Source: a virus. Taken from it: DNA of 64,000 nucleotides. The stretch's first letter is position 1. Each line of letters opens with the position of its first letter. A program made the position numbers and the translations under genes. The stretch spans positions 32,001 to 96,000 of the IMG/VR virus record IMGVR_UViG_3300028198_000256, one strand, 5' to 3'. The notes under the pieces were generated by a model. That model did no database searches and was not told the origin of the DNA. It saw only the letters and a program-made list of their open reading frames with translations. This document shows, in pieces, positions 50,007 to 60,408 of the stretch.

Positions 50007-50272
50007 GTGGTTTTTAACCTTTCCCATAAAATAGTTACTAAAGCTCTATGACTTTTACGTCTATCCAATTCTATATTTAAAAATTCTCTACCAAAAGTTT
50101 CTAATTGCAATTTATTCATTTTTAAAAGATCCTCATGTGTTACTGATTTTGGATCACCATTTAAATAAGAAAAATCACAATCATCTATTATAACATCCTC
50201 TGGTTTCTTAATGACCCCAGCCGGATCTTGTACTGAAGACAAAAACATATCTTTAATCCACTCAAATATCAT
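50003..50272 (-). CDS. Hypothetical protein
   Basis: MNKLQLE.FGR...IELDRRK motif. Confidence 0.55.
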   Translation of the reverse strand: MIFEWIKDMFLSSVQDPAGVIKKPEDVIIDDCDFSYLNGDPKSVTHEDLLKMNKLQLETFGREFLNIELDRRKSHRALVTILWERLKTT

Positions 50273-50281
50273 ATCATCACC

Positions 50282-50947
50282 TCAAAAACTATTATTATAC
50301 TTATATATAGTATCTTTAAGATCCGTCGTCCAATTATCTCGATGTTCTTTAAATACTTGTGGTTCGTGTCCATCAACTGCAATAATAATTACTAATTCTA
50401 CTATTGGTATATTAGTACGTTCTTCCCACATTATTGCATAAGCAGCACATTGCATAAAATATGACGATATCCATTCTTTCTTTTTCAATTTCTTTGATGT
50501 TTTAAAATCTATAATACTTAACTTTCCATCAAATTCAGCAACACAATCTACTCTACCAGCCAACTTCAAATGATTAGAATATAATGCACACTCTTGTTCA
50601 TATATACTACCAATACGATCAAGAGTAGATTTCACCGAAGATAATGATGATATTATATTAGGAAAATATCCTTTCGTATAATCAACATCATTATCAAGAT
50701 ACTTCTCTATTATTTCATGTACTTGTGTTCCACGATAAGACGCAGCATAAGAAATCTTATTAGCCGCTTCAATACCAACACGTCTTTTCCATTTATCAAT
50801 GAATTCCTTTGATAATATAGATAAGACAGTTGTAACAGACGGATATTCAATACCATCTGGTGTCACATATTTCCTAGAACCATCAGATGACGTGACAGAT
50901 TCCAAATCATCATAATCCTTAAAATTAATCGGACAATGTTCAAACAC
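50282..50947 (-). CDS. PD-(D/E)XK (Cas4/lambda-exo-like) exonuclease of T4-like phages
   Basis: YPSVTTVL, RGTQVH, AGRVDC, IIDFKTS, YFMQ..AYA. Confidence 0.88.
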   Translation of the reverse strand: MFEHCPINFKDYDDLESVTSSDGSRKYVTPDGIEYPSVTTVLSILSKEFIDKWKRRVGIEAANKISYAASYRGTQVHEIIEKYLDNDVDYTKGYFPNIISSLSSVKSTLDRIGSIYEQECALYSNHLKLAGRVDCVAEFDGKLSIIDFKTSKKLKKKEWISSYFMQCAAYAIMWEERTNIPIVELVIIIAVDGHEPQVFKEHRDNWTTDLKDTIYKYNNSF

Positions 50948-51468
50948 TAATTAACTCCCGTCGAACCAAATCCACCAGATCCCCTACTAAAAGAACCATC
51001 ACCAGTACTTGGTAATTCATGCAAATCACTACATACAACTATATCAGGACTTTCATGTGGTATAAACATAATCTGAGCAATCCTATCTCCATCATTTACT
51101 CTAAATTTATCTGAACCATGATTCTGCAATACAACACCAACAACACCACGATAATCAGAATCTATCACACCAGCTAATACATCAATCCCATGTCTTAATG
51201 CCAACCCAGACCTTGGTTTAATTATACCTACAAATCCTTGACGTATACCAAACACCACACCAGTAGATATCAATAAACGTTCTCCTGGATATATATATGA
51301 CGTTCTATGTTTTATACCAGTAGGATTAGATTCATATGTAATTGTTTCATCTACAGATGCATATAAGTCATACCCAGCAGAATAATTAGTACCCCTAGTT
51401 GGTTTTTTAGCAGTCTCATTCATTAATATAACTTTCACACCTAATAGAGAATTTTCATCATATATCAT
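50947..51468 (-). CDS. dut: dUTPase (trimeric)
   Basis: AGYDL, PRSGLA, GVIDSDYRG, RIAQ, RGSGGFGSTG. Confidence 0.95.
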   Translation of the reverse strand: MIYDENSLLGVKVILMNETAKKPTRGTNYSAGYDLYASVDETITYESNPTGIKHRTSYIYPGERLLISTGVVFGIRQGFVGIIKPRSGLALRHGIDVLAGVIDSDYRGVVGVVLQNHGSDKFRVNDGDRIAQIMFIPHESPDIVVCSDLHELPSTGDGSFSRGSGGFGSTGVN

Positions 51469-51642
51469 TCTCCACCCCCTATTTGATATTCATATTTTAA
51501 TACATTCCAAGGCAACTTATCATAAGATGACATACCTTCATCTGTTGGTTTCGGTATGTTAACCCAAATCATATCAGTACCCCTATATCTAACTCTAATA
51601 CGTTTATTAGATTTCCAATCATAATTCAACTGTAATACACTT

Positions 51643-52407
51643 TTACTCATAATCTCTCACCACCTTCTTCATAGTTAATGCTTCCCACGAAATAGGATAC
51701 AACGCCCCTAATATTCTATTCCACTCATCAGCAAGTTCACGTATCTCCAATTGAGCCGTAGAACTTTTTCTTAAATTATATGCTCTTGCCCAAGCATATA
51801 AAGATCCTGTTACAAAATATTCAGTCATCATAGACTGTGGTAGAACCATACGAGCCTGTTCTGGACACACACCCGACTCAATCATCTCCGTATATAATCT
51901 AGTTGATTGAGTAATATGACTCATATATGCGTCTTCTAATAATGGAGAAGTTAGTCCATTCATGAATGGTTCTTTGAAATGAGTTATAAAATCCGTATCA
52001 GAAGAACCCTGTTTAACCTTCTCTGGGCGTGTTCTCCACCCATTAGTTTCTGGTACATGGAAATCTGGAGTATCTGATACATATCGTCTAGACACTTCAT
52101 TATAACTAAACCCCACAACATGCTTAAATCTCTGTCTAGCAACAAAAATAGGCACTTTCTCACGTAACGTAACCATTTCATGTGTAAATGGTGTGAAGTG
52201 GTTATGTTTGGCCAAATACCTAATCAACTTTTTATCACCATCTTTAACATTAGGAATAAATGCGTGTAATGTACACTCTCCATCTTCATCCACGTGTTCT
52301 ACAATTTCATCAAAGCCAACCCCCTCAGAAAACTTAGCAAATGAAACACGAGCAGAATTAACTACTGTAATATCATCACCCATATGATTAACATATTCTA
52401 CCTTCAT
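51643..52407 (-). CDS. thyX: Flavin-dependent thymidylate synthase
   Basis: VVNSARVS, HFTPF, PIFVARQ..KH...SYNEVSRRY, EQARMVLPQ, AQLEIR. Confidence 0.93.
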   Translation of the reverse strand: MKVEYVNHMGDDITVVNSARVSFAKFSEGVGFDEIVEHVDEDGECTLHAFIPNVKDGDKKLIRYLAKHNHFTPFTHEMVTLREKVPIFVARQRFKHVVGFSYNEVSRRYVSDTPDFHVPETNGWRTRPEKVKQGSSDTDFITHFKEPFMNGLTSPLLEDAYMSHITQSTRLYTEMIESGVCPEQARMVLPQSMMTEYFVTGSLYAWARAYNLRKSSTAQLEIRELADEWNRILGALYPISWEALTMKKVVRDYE

Positions 52408-52416
52408 ATATACCCC

Positions 52417-52830
52417 TCATAACCTATTTAAATGTGACTTCCTAACCTTAACCATTATCCAAGAATTGTAATATTCATCAGATTCTAATACTTTATAATC
52501 AAATTGATACTTAGCCTCAAAATACGCACATTCCGACTTAGTTTTACACAACCTCAATATCTTCCTATCAAACTGTTCAGCCCCAATTTTATTCAAATCT
52601 TCTAATAATAATTCAGAAGAACCATAGTAATCTTGCCAATCAGATTCTACCTTCTTCTTCTTTCTCTTTTTATTCTTTTGATATGACTTAACTGACCAAA
52701 AGAATTTCTTACCTATATACTTCTTACCATTATCTTTATTAGTTATTTCATATACAAACCCATATAAAAGTTTTGGATCTAAATTCTTGGGTACATATAC
52801 CTTATTCCTATACATCCATGTCATACACAC
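52417..52830 (-). CDS. GIY-YIG-type conserved T4-like protein
   Basis: GFVYEITN...KKYIGKK...ESDWQDYYGSS...YYN. Confidence 0.8.
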   Translation of the reverse strand: MCMTWMYRNKVYVPKNLDPKLLYGFVYEITNKDNGKKYIGKKFFWSVKSYQKNKKRKKKKVESDWQDYYGSSELLLEDLNKIGAEQFDRKILRLCKTKSECAYFEAKYQFDYKVLESDEYYNSWIMVKVRKSHLNRL

Positions 52831-52839
52831 ATCCTTATA

Positions 52840-53445
52840 TTACAAAATAATATCCCTCCAATCCTTATCATCAATATGCTCAATACTTCTTAATGATATA
52901 GGACCAAAATCAGACCTACTAATTAAATCATATGCTTCAAATACAAATGCCCTATTATTTACCCTAGAAAATCCATTTATTCCAGTTTTACCAAATTTAG
53001 GTTTACCTAACTTTTCTTTAACACCAACCCGTCCAAATCCTGGCCAACTGTTCTCACACATATTAGTAGATACCGCATAATAATCAGACTCCTTTTCTGC
53101 ATACGTTATTGCATCCTGTTCAAAATCCTTTCCAAGTTCAATAAGATCTTTTAATAACTTACCAGAATCCTTAAGGTCAACAACATAATATGATGCCTCT
53201 GATACCTCTTTACCACCATTCTCAATCCAAGAACCCTTTATTTTAGTAATACCATATCCACGTTTTAATAACTTAGAACGTAAAATACTATTCTTACCAG
53301 TGTTCTGTTTCTTTGTATACTTAACACCGTCACCACATTCAGCAGTATCTCTAAATGCTGTAATAGTACCAGTATCATGATCTATCCACGCCGACCGAAT
53401 ACGGTTCAATGTCGATTCCGATAGAATCTTTGTTATACTACTCAT
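52840..53445 (-). CDS. Hypothetical phage protein
   Basis: GTITAFR...G.WIE...E.SY...FEQDAI. Confidence 0.6.
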   Translation of the reverse strand: MSSITKILSESTLNRIRSAWIDHDTGTITAFRDTAECGDGVKYTKKQNTGKNSILRSKLLKRGYGITKIKGSWIENGGKEVSEASYYVVDLKDSGKLLKDLIELGKDFEQDAITYAEKESDYYAVSTNMCENSWPGFGRVGVKEKLGKPKFGKTGINGFSRVNNRAFVFEAYDLISRSDFGPISLRSIEHIDDKDWRDIIL

Positions 53446-53454
53446 AAATTTCCC

Positions 53455-54648
53455 CTAATATACATCCGTCCAATCTCCCTTTAAACCACCAACTTCATAT
53501 TCTGTAACACGATTCTCAAAAAAGTTAGTATGATCGGGTGCATTTAATACCCAATCTAACCACGGTAACGGATTCTCTTTAACTCTATAATTAGGTTTGA
53601 ATCCTAATTGTAATAATCTTCTATCAGCAATATATCTGATATATTGTTTAACATCATCTTTATCTAAATCTTCTATAATAGAATCTCCATATGCAAGATC
53701 TATAAATTTATCTTCTAACTTAACAACTTTACGTAACATACTATATATATCTTTCTTAAAATCATCAGTAACTATTCTTGGATGTTCTTCACAAAACTTC
53801 TTAAAAATTTGAGTCATACCATCAACATGCATACTTTCATCACGAATAGACCATTCTACAACTTTACACATTCCTTTCATTTTACCAAATCTTTGAAAAT
53901 TTAATAACATTACAAATGATGCAAATAATGATATACCTTCAGAAAATACAGATTTTGCAATAGCAAATGCCAAATTAGAATAGTTAGAGTTATCGTTATC
54001 TCGCATAAATTCTACTTTATTATACATTTCTTTATATTCTAAAAAGGACTGAAATTCGGATTCAGGCAACCCCAATGTATCATTCAACAAAGCATATGCT
54101 CTTTGATGTACTCCCTCTCTAGCAGCAAATGAACCGAGCATGTTACGTATCTCATTATTCTTTAATTTTGGAATAAAAAAATCATAATAATTCTGTCCTA
54201 CTGCAACATCAGATTGTGTGAATAATCTCAATACTTGAGTAATATAATCCCGTTCAGAATCTGATAATTTACCATTCTTCCAATCTGCAACATCATCTGA
54301 TAAATCAATCTCATCTTCAATCCAATGTGACTGTTCGTGTCTTTTTGTTAATTCAACTGCCCATGGATATCGAAATGGTTTATATGTTTCAGATGGTGTA
54401 TGCATACTAACAGGAGTATTAAATAAAAATTTCTCTTTATTTTTCATAACTACATCTAAATTGCCAAAATACTCACCGTCAATAACAACTTGTGGAACAG
54501 TTCTTTGATTCAGTTTATTAAACTCTTCCCAATATTCCTTTTTTGATTGAATGTCTTTTTCAACAAAATCAACACCATTGGTATTAAACCAATCTTTCAA
54601 ATTCACACAAAAAGGACAAGACCCCTGTGAATATACTACTATTTCCAT
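53455..54648 (-). CDS. nrdB: Ribonucleotide reductase class Ia beta subunit with N-terminal glutaredoxin
   Basis: CPFC...TVPQV Grx domain; FTQSDVAV, REGVH..AY, EGISLFASF, WSIRDESMH, NFFENRVTEY. Confidence 0.93.
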   Translation of the reverse strand: MEIVVYSQGSCPFCVNLKDWFNTNGVDFVEKDIQSKKEYWEEFNKLNQRTVPQVVIDGEYFGNLDVVMKNKEKFLFNTPVSMHTPSETYKPFRYPWAVELTKRHEQSHWIEDEIDLSDDVADWKNGKLSDSERDYITQVLRLFTQSDVAVGQNYYDFFIPKLKNNEIRNMLGSFAAREGVHQRAYALLNDTLGLPESEFQSFLEYKEMYNKVEFMRDNDNSNYSNLAFAIAKSVFSEGISLFASFVMLLNFQRFGKMKGMCKVVEWSIRDESMHVDGMTQIFKKFCEEHPRIVTDDFKKDIYSMLRKVVKLEDKFIDLAYGDSIIEDLDKDDVKQYIRYIADRRLLQLGFKPNYRVKENPLPWLDWVLNAPDHTNFFENRVTEYEVGGLKGDWTDVY

Positions 54649-54660
54649 TTATTTCTCCCT

Positions 54661-56142
54661 TTATAAAAAACTATCCAAATCAGTCACAGGTTCAACCGAA
54701 TCTATTCTTAATGTTGCAATCTCAAAATACTCTTTCTCTCTCTCAATACCAATAAAATCAAATCCTTCATATTTAGCAGCCATACCAGTAGAACCAGAAC
54801 CCATAAATGGGTCTAAAACAGTACCGTCTTTCGGTGTAACCATTCTACATAAGTATTTCATTAACTCTACAGGTTTAACCGTTGGATGTACATTCTTTCG
54901 TTCTGTTACAAATCTTCCAGTAACATCATTATCTATCTTTGATTTATCCATTTCATGTGGATCTCGTCTACCAGACATACTTGATGTCTTTTTGATAGGC
55001 ATTCCATCACAACCCTGATTTCTCTCTTTCTTAGACACCTTTGGCGAATAGAAATATCGTGAGGCAGAACCCTCATCACCATATTCTCTACCGGCTGGGG
55101 TACCAGTTGATTTATCCCGAATACCACCAGATTTTGAACCTTCACCTTTGTATTTACCAGCTTTAGTATCTGGAAATACCCCTTTCACCGCATCAGAACC
55201 ATCATGCATTACATTTGACGGAAATCTACCTCTTGGGTCTGCATCAGCATAATGATTTACTTCCTGTTTCATACCTGAGTTTTCATTAGTAAATACATTA
55301 TCATCGGGTCGAGATTTACGATTAGTTGTTTTCCGTTTTGGAAATACCTCTTTCACAACATCAGAACCATCATGCATTACATTTGATGGGAATCTACCTA
55401 ACTCACTTGATCCTGTTTTTTCTCCAGCATATCCACCAACATAAACATCTTTTGCCATCTTGTCGGTTTTCCAAGTTCCTTTACCACCTAATCTTGAATC
55501 ATCACCCTCGGATAATCCCACTCTACAACCATCAATATTAATACCACCAGTTCCATGCTTCAGAACATTTGCGACAATAGTCTTTTCTGATAATGGTTTC
55601 CTAGCCATAACAACAGGTTCGTGTGCTGGTTTGAGTGCGGTTCCCCACCCCTCATATTCTGAATTACCCATGGTTTCTTTATATGAATCATCACTTTTCC
55701 AATCATCATCATGCATAACTCCGAGTGAACTCATAGGTTTCCCTTTACCGACAACATCTCTTTCATTACCAAGTTTCTTATCAATCTGTTTTCCGATATT
55801 CAAACTCTTTGGAAATCCAGAACCATATAACCACATAATCTGATCTCGTATCTCAAACCCAGCGTCCTCAATAGCAACTGCCATTCTATGATAGGTTCTA
55901 GAACCAGAAAATGCAAGTAAATGACCACCCGGTTTCAATAACTTTAGTGCCAATTCCCATGTTTCTTTAGAAAATGCTATACCAGTATCATCCCATTGTT
56001 TCCCCATAAATCCTAACTCATATGGAGGATCCGTAACAATTGAATCAACTTGCACACCATCTTCTATCATCTGTTTCATTCTATCAATACAATCATCACA
56101 ATACAGTATCATCACCACCATCCTTACTGGGGAAAAAATCAT
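54661..56142 (-). CDS. DNA methyltransferase (N6/N4 beta class)
   Basis: VTDPPYEL, GSGFPKS, HPTVKP, DPFMGSGSTG; duplicated GRFPSNVMHDGSD; ends TDLDSFL. Confidence 0.92.
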   Translation of the reverse strand: MIFSPVRMVVMILYCDDCIDRMKQMIEDGVQVDSIVTDPPYELGFMGKQWDDTGIAFSKETWELALKLLKPGGHLLAFSGSRTYHRMAVAIEDAGFEIRDQIMWLYGSGFPKSLNIGKQIDKKLGNERDVVGKGKPMSSLGVMHDDDWKSDDSYKETMGNSEYEGWGTALKPAHEPVVMARKPLSEKTIVANVLKHGTGGINIDGCRVGLSEGDDSRLGGKGTWKTDKMAKDVYVGGYAGEKTGSSELGRFPSNVMHDGSDVVKEVFPKRKTTNRKSRPDDNVFTNENSGMKQEVNHYADADPRGRFPSNVMHDGSDAVKGVFPDTKAGKYKGEGSKSGGIRDKSTGTPAGREYGDEGSASRYFYSPKVSKKERNQGCDGMPIKKTSSMSGRRDPHEMDKSKIDNDVTGRFVTERKNVHPTVKPVELMKYLCRMVTPKDGTVLDPFMGSGSTGMAAKYEGFDFIGIEREKEYFEIATLRIDSVEPVTDLDSFL

Positions 56143-56380
56143 TTACTTGATGACCTTTAAATTTAATAGTATCAGGTTTTTCAAAACACGACTCATAACC
56201 CTTCCACAACGATTCCATCCTTAACTCAAATAATTTGGATACTGCAACAATATCCTCACGTTCTGAACTAACTCTCATTTTTTTAATAATTAATTCTAAA
56301 TCATCAGAAAATCCCCACACCTTCATTATTAATTGATCTAACTCATACAACCTATCTATTTTATCTTTCTTCATAATCAA
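56096..56380 (-). CDS. Hypothetical protein
   Basis: DRLYELDQLIMKVW. Confidence 0.5.
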   Translation of the reverse strand: MIMKKDKIDRLYELDQLIMKVWGFSDDLELIIKKMRVSSEREDIVAVSKLFELRMESLWKGYESCFEKPDTIKFKGHQVNDFFPSKDGGDDTVL

Positions 56381-56828
56381 CCCTTATACTTGTTATACAT
56401 CCCCATATAATAATTATAACACATAGCAGAACAATACATATTTTCACACTTTTCTATCCACTCATCACTAGGATATCCATCATCATAATATACCGCCAAT
56501 GGTCTATACACAGGAGCATTTATATCAAAAAAGGCATACTTCCCATTTACTCTTTGTAATTCTGGTATATTAATAAGTCCAACAGACACCCTCTTTATCA
56601 CATATAAATTTTTCATCAGTCGACTCGCACCAACAGATGTTGCATCACACATCTGCACACACAGGTACAAGTGAACACACCCACCTAATACCATATCTAT
56701 CAAATGAAACCTTATAGATATTAAACACATTACGCACATTAACATCTAATACAATACCATATCCATATCTTCCAGATATAACACCATCTCCACTACATAT
56801 TTCTCTCATAACTATTCCCTACTAAAAT

Positions 56829-56904
56829 TGGTGGGTCTGGTAGGACTCGAACCTACACTCGGCCGATTATGAGTCGGATGCATTAACCATTATGCTACAG
56901 ACCC
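56829..56904 (-). tRNA. tRNA with CAU anticodon, probably Ile2 (lysidine type); CCA encoded
   Basis: GGGTCTG/CAGACCC-A-CCA, anticodon loop CTCATAA, T-arm GTAGG-TTCGAGT-CCTAC. Confidence 0.9.
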
Positions 56905-57043
56905 CATTCTTTAAAACAAATGATAAGCAAAATATATTCCTGTCACAACCAAATGAAATAAAACTAAATTCGGTTCAAACGTTATTTTTCTATCTATTAA
57001 ATTAACTAACATATTCTCCCCAATTAAAACAACTTTATAACAT

Positions 57044-57072
57044 ATAATACCACAATATGACTCAAATGTCAA
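57044..57072 (-). promoter_or_regulatory. sigma70-type promoter upstream of tRNA-CAU
   Basis: TTGACA-17-TATTAT. Confidence 0.7.
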
Positions 57073-59344
57073 GTCTTTTTTCAATAAACATTGAAATTCT
57101 TTCCCATATTAAATCAGAATTATTATACAATATACCATGACAATCAGAACCAATAATATGCATTTCTTTATCTACAGAAGATATATTATTATATATATAA
57201 TCAGCACCATCTACTGAAACTAATGTGTCATCCTTAGAATAAATGACCAACATAGGTATTGTTACATCACATAAACACTTCTTCACACTTTTAACTAATT
57301 TACCTATTTCATATATACTACGTGTGGGAACTAACCAATAATTAATATGTTCATTCTCTGGAATATTCTTAAAAAAAGGTTTCACTCCATTATTCCCTAT
57401 CACCAAACCCACCACCCTATTAACATAATGAACTAATGGTGCAAATTTAACCCGGAAATCCGTATAAAAAAATGGAGCTGATATAACAACTACTGATTTA
57501 ACTCTATAATCAGAAGAAAATTCTTCACGTAATGCAATAAGTCCGCCAGTAGAAAATCCAACAATCACAATATTTTCAGATAACATAGAAGTTATTTGAA
57601 AATACTCGTATACTGATTTAATCCAATCTTCATAACTATATGATAACAAATCATAAGGTGATGTACCATGTCCAACTATTCTTGCACCAACTACAATATA
57701 TCCTATACCACATAAATATTCACCAAAACCTCTAACTTCATATGGAGATGACAATAATCCATGGATTAATAACACAACAATACCATTAGACTTCTTAGGA
57801 AATAGAATAAATGGTTTATTATCAGAAGAATTAATACCATCAAATTTAGAATTATATTTATCATTAATATACATATTCTTATCGTACTCATATGACAACT
57901 GTTGGTCGTCCAATAAATGCATTGCAATATCTTTGTTACTAATAGTATCTACACTTTCAACAATCTTATTAATAACTTTACCAACAATAGAAACCGGCTG
58001 TACTTCATTATAATATACAACTAATAAATTCTCAACCCTAACCGTCAACGGATCTACACCAGAATCAAAATTACCAGATAAATATATAACATCACCACCA
58101 ATAATTAGCAATCCTTGTTTTTCAAGAGAATCAATATACTTAATCATGTTAACATTATTACCATTTAATATATCACCATATATATTAGGTCGCATTAAAC
58201 CATCGTGCAACCTCACTCCTGATTTATGTTGTAATGTTTTTAATGTTAAATATAACTCCTTATAAAGTGTTTTCTTATTTACAAATGATATATTTTGTTT
58301 GAATCTATACATCAATAAACAAGATGTCAGATGGCTTAAATTAATAGTAACATAAGAATAAATACTTTTAGTGTAAAAGTCACGTGTAACATTAGAACAC
58401 TTTATGAGATGTTTATGCAACATCTCACCTTTCCAAGACTTATCAACACTACCAATAGAAAACACATCATCTAAGGATTTTATAGAATCAGTAAATGTTT
58501 CAGTTAAAGATGACTTCCATGAATGCCAAATACCGGAGGTAGATATCACTTTACTCATAACAACATCCATATCAGTATCTTTAGTAATTAAATTCCCCTC
58601 AACTATCAATTCTTCTGTTTGTCGTAATGTAAGTCCATTAGAAATATATTCAACAGCCTTCAATAAAACATTATCAGTCGCACGTAAAGGATAAAACGTT
58701 ATATTAGATGCAACTATATTAGTAGGTATTTCTACTGCTGCCAATAACTCATCCAAACTATGAAAATCTAATTCCTTTTGCCACATTAATAATCTATCCA
58801 TATCCATATCTCTATGAGCATTACGAACTATGAACTTAAACACCTCCAACCCATGTGACAAAACAGCTGCACCAGTATGTTGTTTCCGCACTTTCATGGT
58901 TGTTTGACATAACATATTATAATGTCCTTCATCATCAACAACCCGATGATCCTTTACCATCCCACCTTCAGGGAAAATAACTACTTTATGACCATGTAAT
59001 ATTTGTTTTGCTAATATAGAAAACAACCTTGGATGATCATGTGGTACAACCCCCAACTTCGTTAAATACGATGACAATATACCATCATTTTTAAAAAATT
59101 CACCAGAACCAACAGAATAACAATAACTACCATTTTCTTCATGTATCAAATATTGAGGAATAAATGTTTCTATACGAGAAAAATGATTAAATACAAATAT
59201 ACTACCATCATTTATATTACACGCAGAATGAATATTAACATTCATGCGTAACACTTTCTTCATAATACGAAATGCTCGTAAAGACAAACGATACATACGT
59301 TTGTCTATATCAACCCAATCATGATTATACTTAGAAAGTTTCAT
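57062..59344 (-). CDS. Acyltransferase (PlsC/PlsB-like) fused to an alpha/beta-hydrolase esterase
   Basis: FNHFSRIE and IFPEGG acyltransferase blocks; C-terminal LIHGL, GHGT, GFSTGG, D..V, H triad. Confidence 0.8.
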   Translation of the reverse strand: MKLSKYNHDWVDIDKRMYRLSLRAFRIMKKVLRMNVNIHSACNINDGSIFVFNHFSRIETFIPQYLIHEENGSYCYSVGSGEFFKNDGILSSYLTKLGVVPHDHPRLFSILAKQILHGHKVVIFPEGGMVKDHRVVDDEGHYNMLCQTTMKVRKQHTGAAVLSHGLEVFKFIVRNAHRDMDMDRLLMWQKELDFHSLDELLAAVEIPTNIVASNITFYPLRATDNVLLKAVEYISNGLTLRQTEELIVEGNLITKDTDMDVVMSKVISTSGIWHSWKSSLTETFTDSIKSLDDVFSIGSVDKSWKGEMLHKHLIKCSNVTRDFYTKSIYSYVTINLSHLTSCLLMYRFKQNISFVNKKTLYKELYLTLKTLQHKSGVRLHDGLMRPNIYGDILNGNNVNMIKYIDSLEKQGLLIIGGDVIYLSGNFDSGVDPLTVRVENLLVVYYNEVQPVSIVGKVINKIVESVDTISNKDIAMHLLDDQQLSYEYDKNMYINDKYNSKFDGINSSDNKPFILFPKKSNGIVVLLIHGLLSSPYEVRGFGEYLCGIGYIVVGARIVGHGTSPYDLLSYSYEDWIKSVYEYFQITSMLSENIVIVGFSTGGLIALREEFSSDYRVKSVVVISAPFFYTDFRVKFAPLVHYVNRVVGLVIGNNGVKPFFKNIPENEHINYWLVPTRSIYEIGKLVKSVKKCLCDVTIPMLVIYSKDDTLVSVDGADYIYNNISSVDKEMHIIGSDCHGILYNNSDLIWERISMFIEKRLDI

Positions 59345-60381
59345 AATGTTAAAAAACCATCAAGTGTCGGAATATTCTTACGTTCAATCTCAGTATTAAC
59401 ATTCTCTTTAGTTATCTTAAAAAACTGTTCTGATGCTTCAAATCCAATATACTTTCTACCAAGTTGTGATGCTCTAACTAATGTAGTTCCTGTGCCAGAA
59501 AAGGGGTCAAGAACAACACCACCTACTGGACAACCCGCAATTATAGGTTTATCAATTAATTCTGAATTATATGAAGCAAGGTGTGAAGAACGATTACCCT
59601 TTATCGTGATATTCCAAAAATCAGACACATCACCCGGGTTCTTTCCTTTTGGATTTAATGAAGTATTACCACTATTGTATTCATCAATATCACGTCCACC
59701 ATTCTTTGGTCTAGAAAGAGTTTGAGCGGAACTCACCCCAATACCAGTAGAATACTTATTTTCATTAGTACCACGTAAGGCTCTTTTAATAGAAGTAGTC
59801 ATATTCTCATCACGAATAGAATCAAGGTCAAAATAATAACCTTTAGGTTTCTTCGTCATTAAAAAGATATATTCGTGTTTCTTTGAGAATCTATCACGAA
59901 CCGATTCAGGCATACCATTTCTCTTTGCCCAGATTATATCATTACGAATAGTCCATCCACGGTCATAACAACCAATAGCAAATCTATGAGGAATCAATAA
60001 TAAACTTTTAGGTTTCAAATCAGATGGTTGGTTAATCTTCATACCACCCAAATAATCACCAGTTCTACTTCCAGTATGACCAGTATTAAGTCCACCAGAT
60101 TTAGTAGAATATGTATCACCAAGATTGATCCATACAGTACCAGTATCTTTTAAAACTCTATGAATTTCATCCATCATTTCCCATAAATGTTCAAGATATT
60201 CTTGGAATGTGGGTTCTAATCCCCACTGACCATCAAACCCATAATCCCTTAATTGCCAATATGGTGGTGACGTAATGACACAATCAATAGAATTATCATC
60301 TAACTTTTTGAAACCTTCCATGATGTCACAATTATATATTTTATCCAAATTAAACCCCCCACTATATTCATAGTATACCAC
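59341..60381 (-). CDS. DNA methyltransferase, N4-C/N6-A beta class (start probably a few codons downstream)
   Basis: TSPPYWQLRDY, IIWAKRNGMPES, DPFSGTGTT; ends PTLDGFLTL. Confidence 0.92.
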   Translation of the reverse strand: MVYYEYSGGFNLDKIYNCDIMEGFKKLDDNSIDCVITSPPYWQLRDYGFDGQWGLEPTFQEYLEHLWEMMDEIHRVLKDTGTVWINLGDTYSTKSGGLNTGHTGSRTGDYLGGMKINQPSDLKPKSLLLIPHRFAIGCYDRGWTIRNDIIWAKRNGMPESVRDRFSKKHEYIFLMTKKPKGYYFDLDSIRDENMTTSIKRALRGTNENKYSTGIGVSSAQTLSRPKNGGRDIDEYNSGNTSLNPKGKNPGDVSDFWNITIKGNRSSHLASYNSELIDKPIIAGCPVGGVVLDPFSGTGTTLVRASQLGRKYIGFEASEQFFKITKENVNTEIERKNIPTLDGFLTL

Positions 60382-60400
60382 ACCACTAGCTAATTGTCAA
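60372..60400 (-). promoter_or_regulatory. sigma70-type promoter
   Basis: TTGACA-17-TATACT. Confidence 0.7.
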
Positions 60401-60408
60401 GATGTTTA

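Noticed and set aside
50282-50947. Cas4 as evidence of a CRISPR-Cas system
   Set aside because: Standalone T4-like exonuclease without the Fe-S cysteine set; no cas genes or array nearby.
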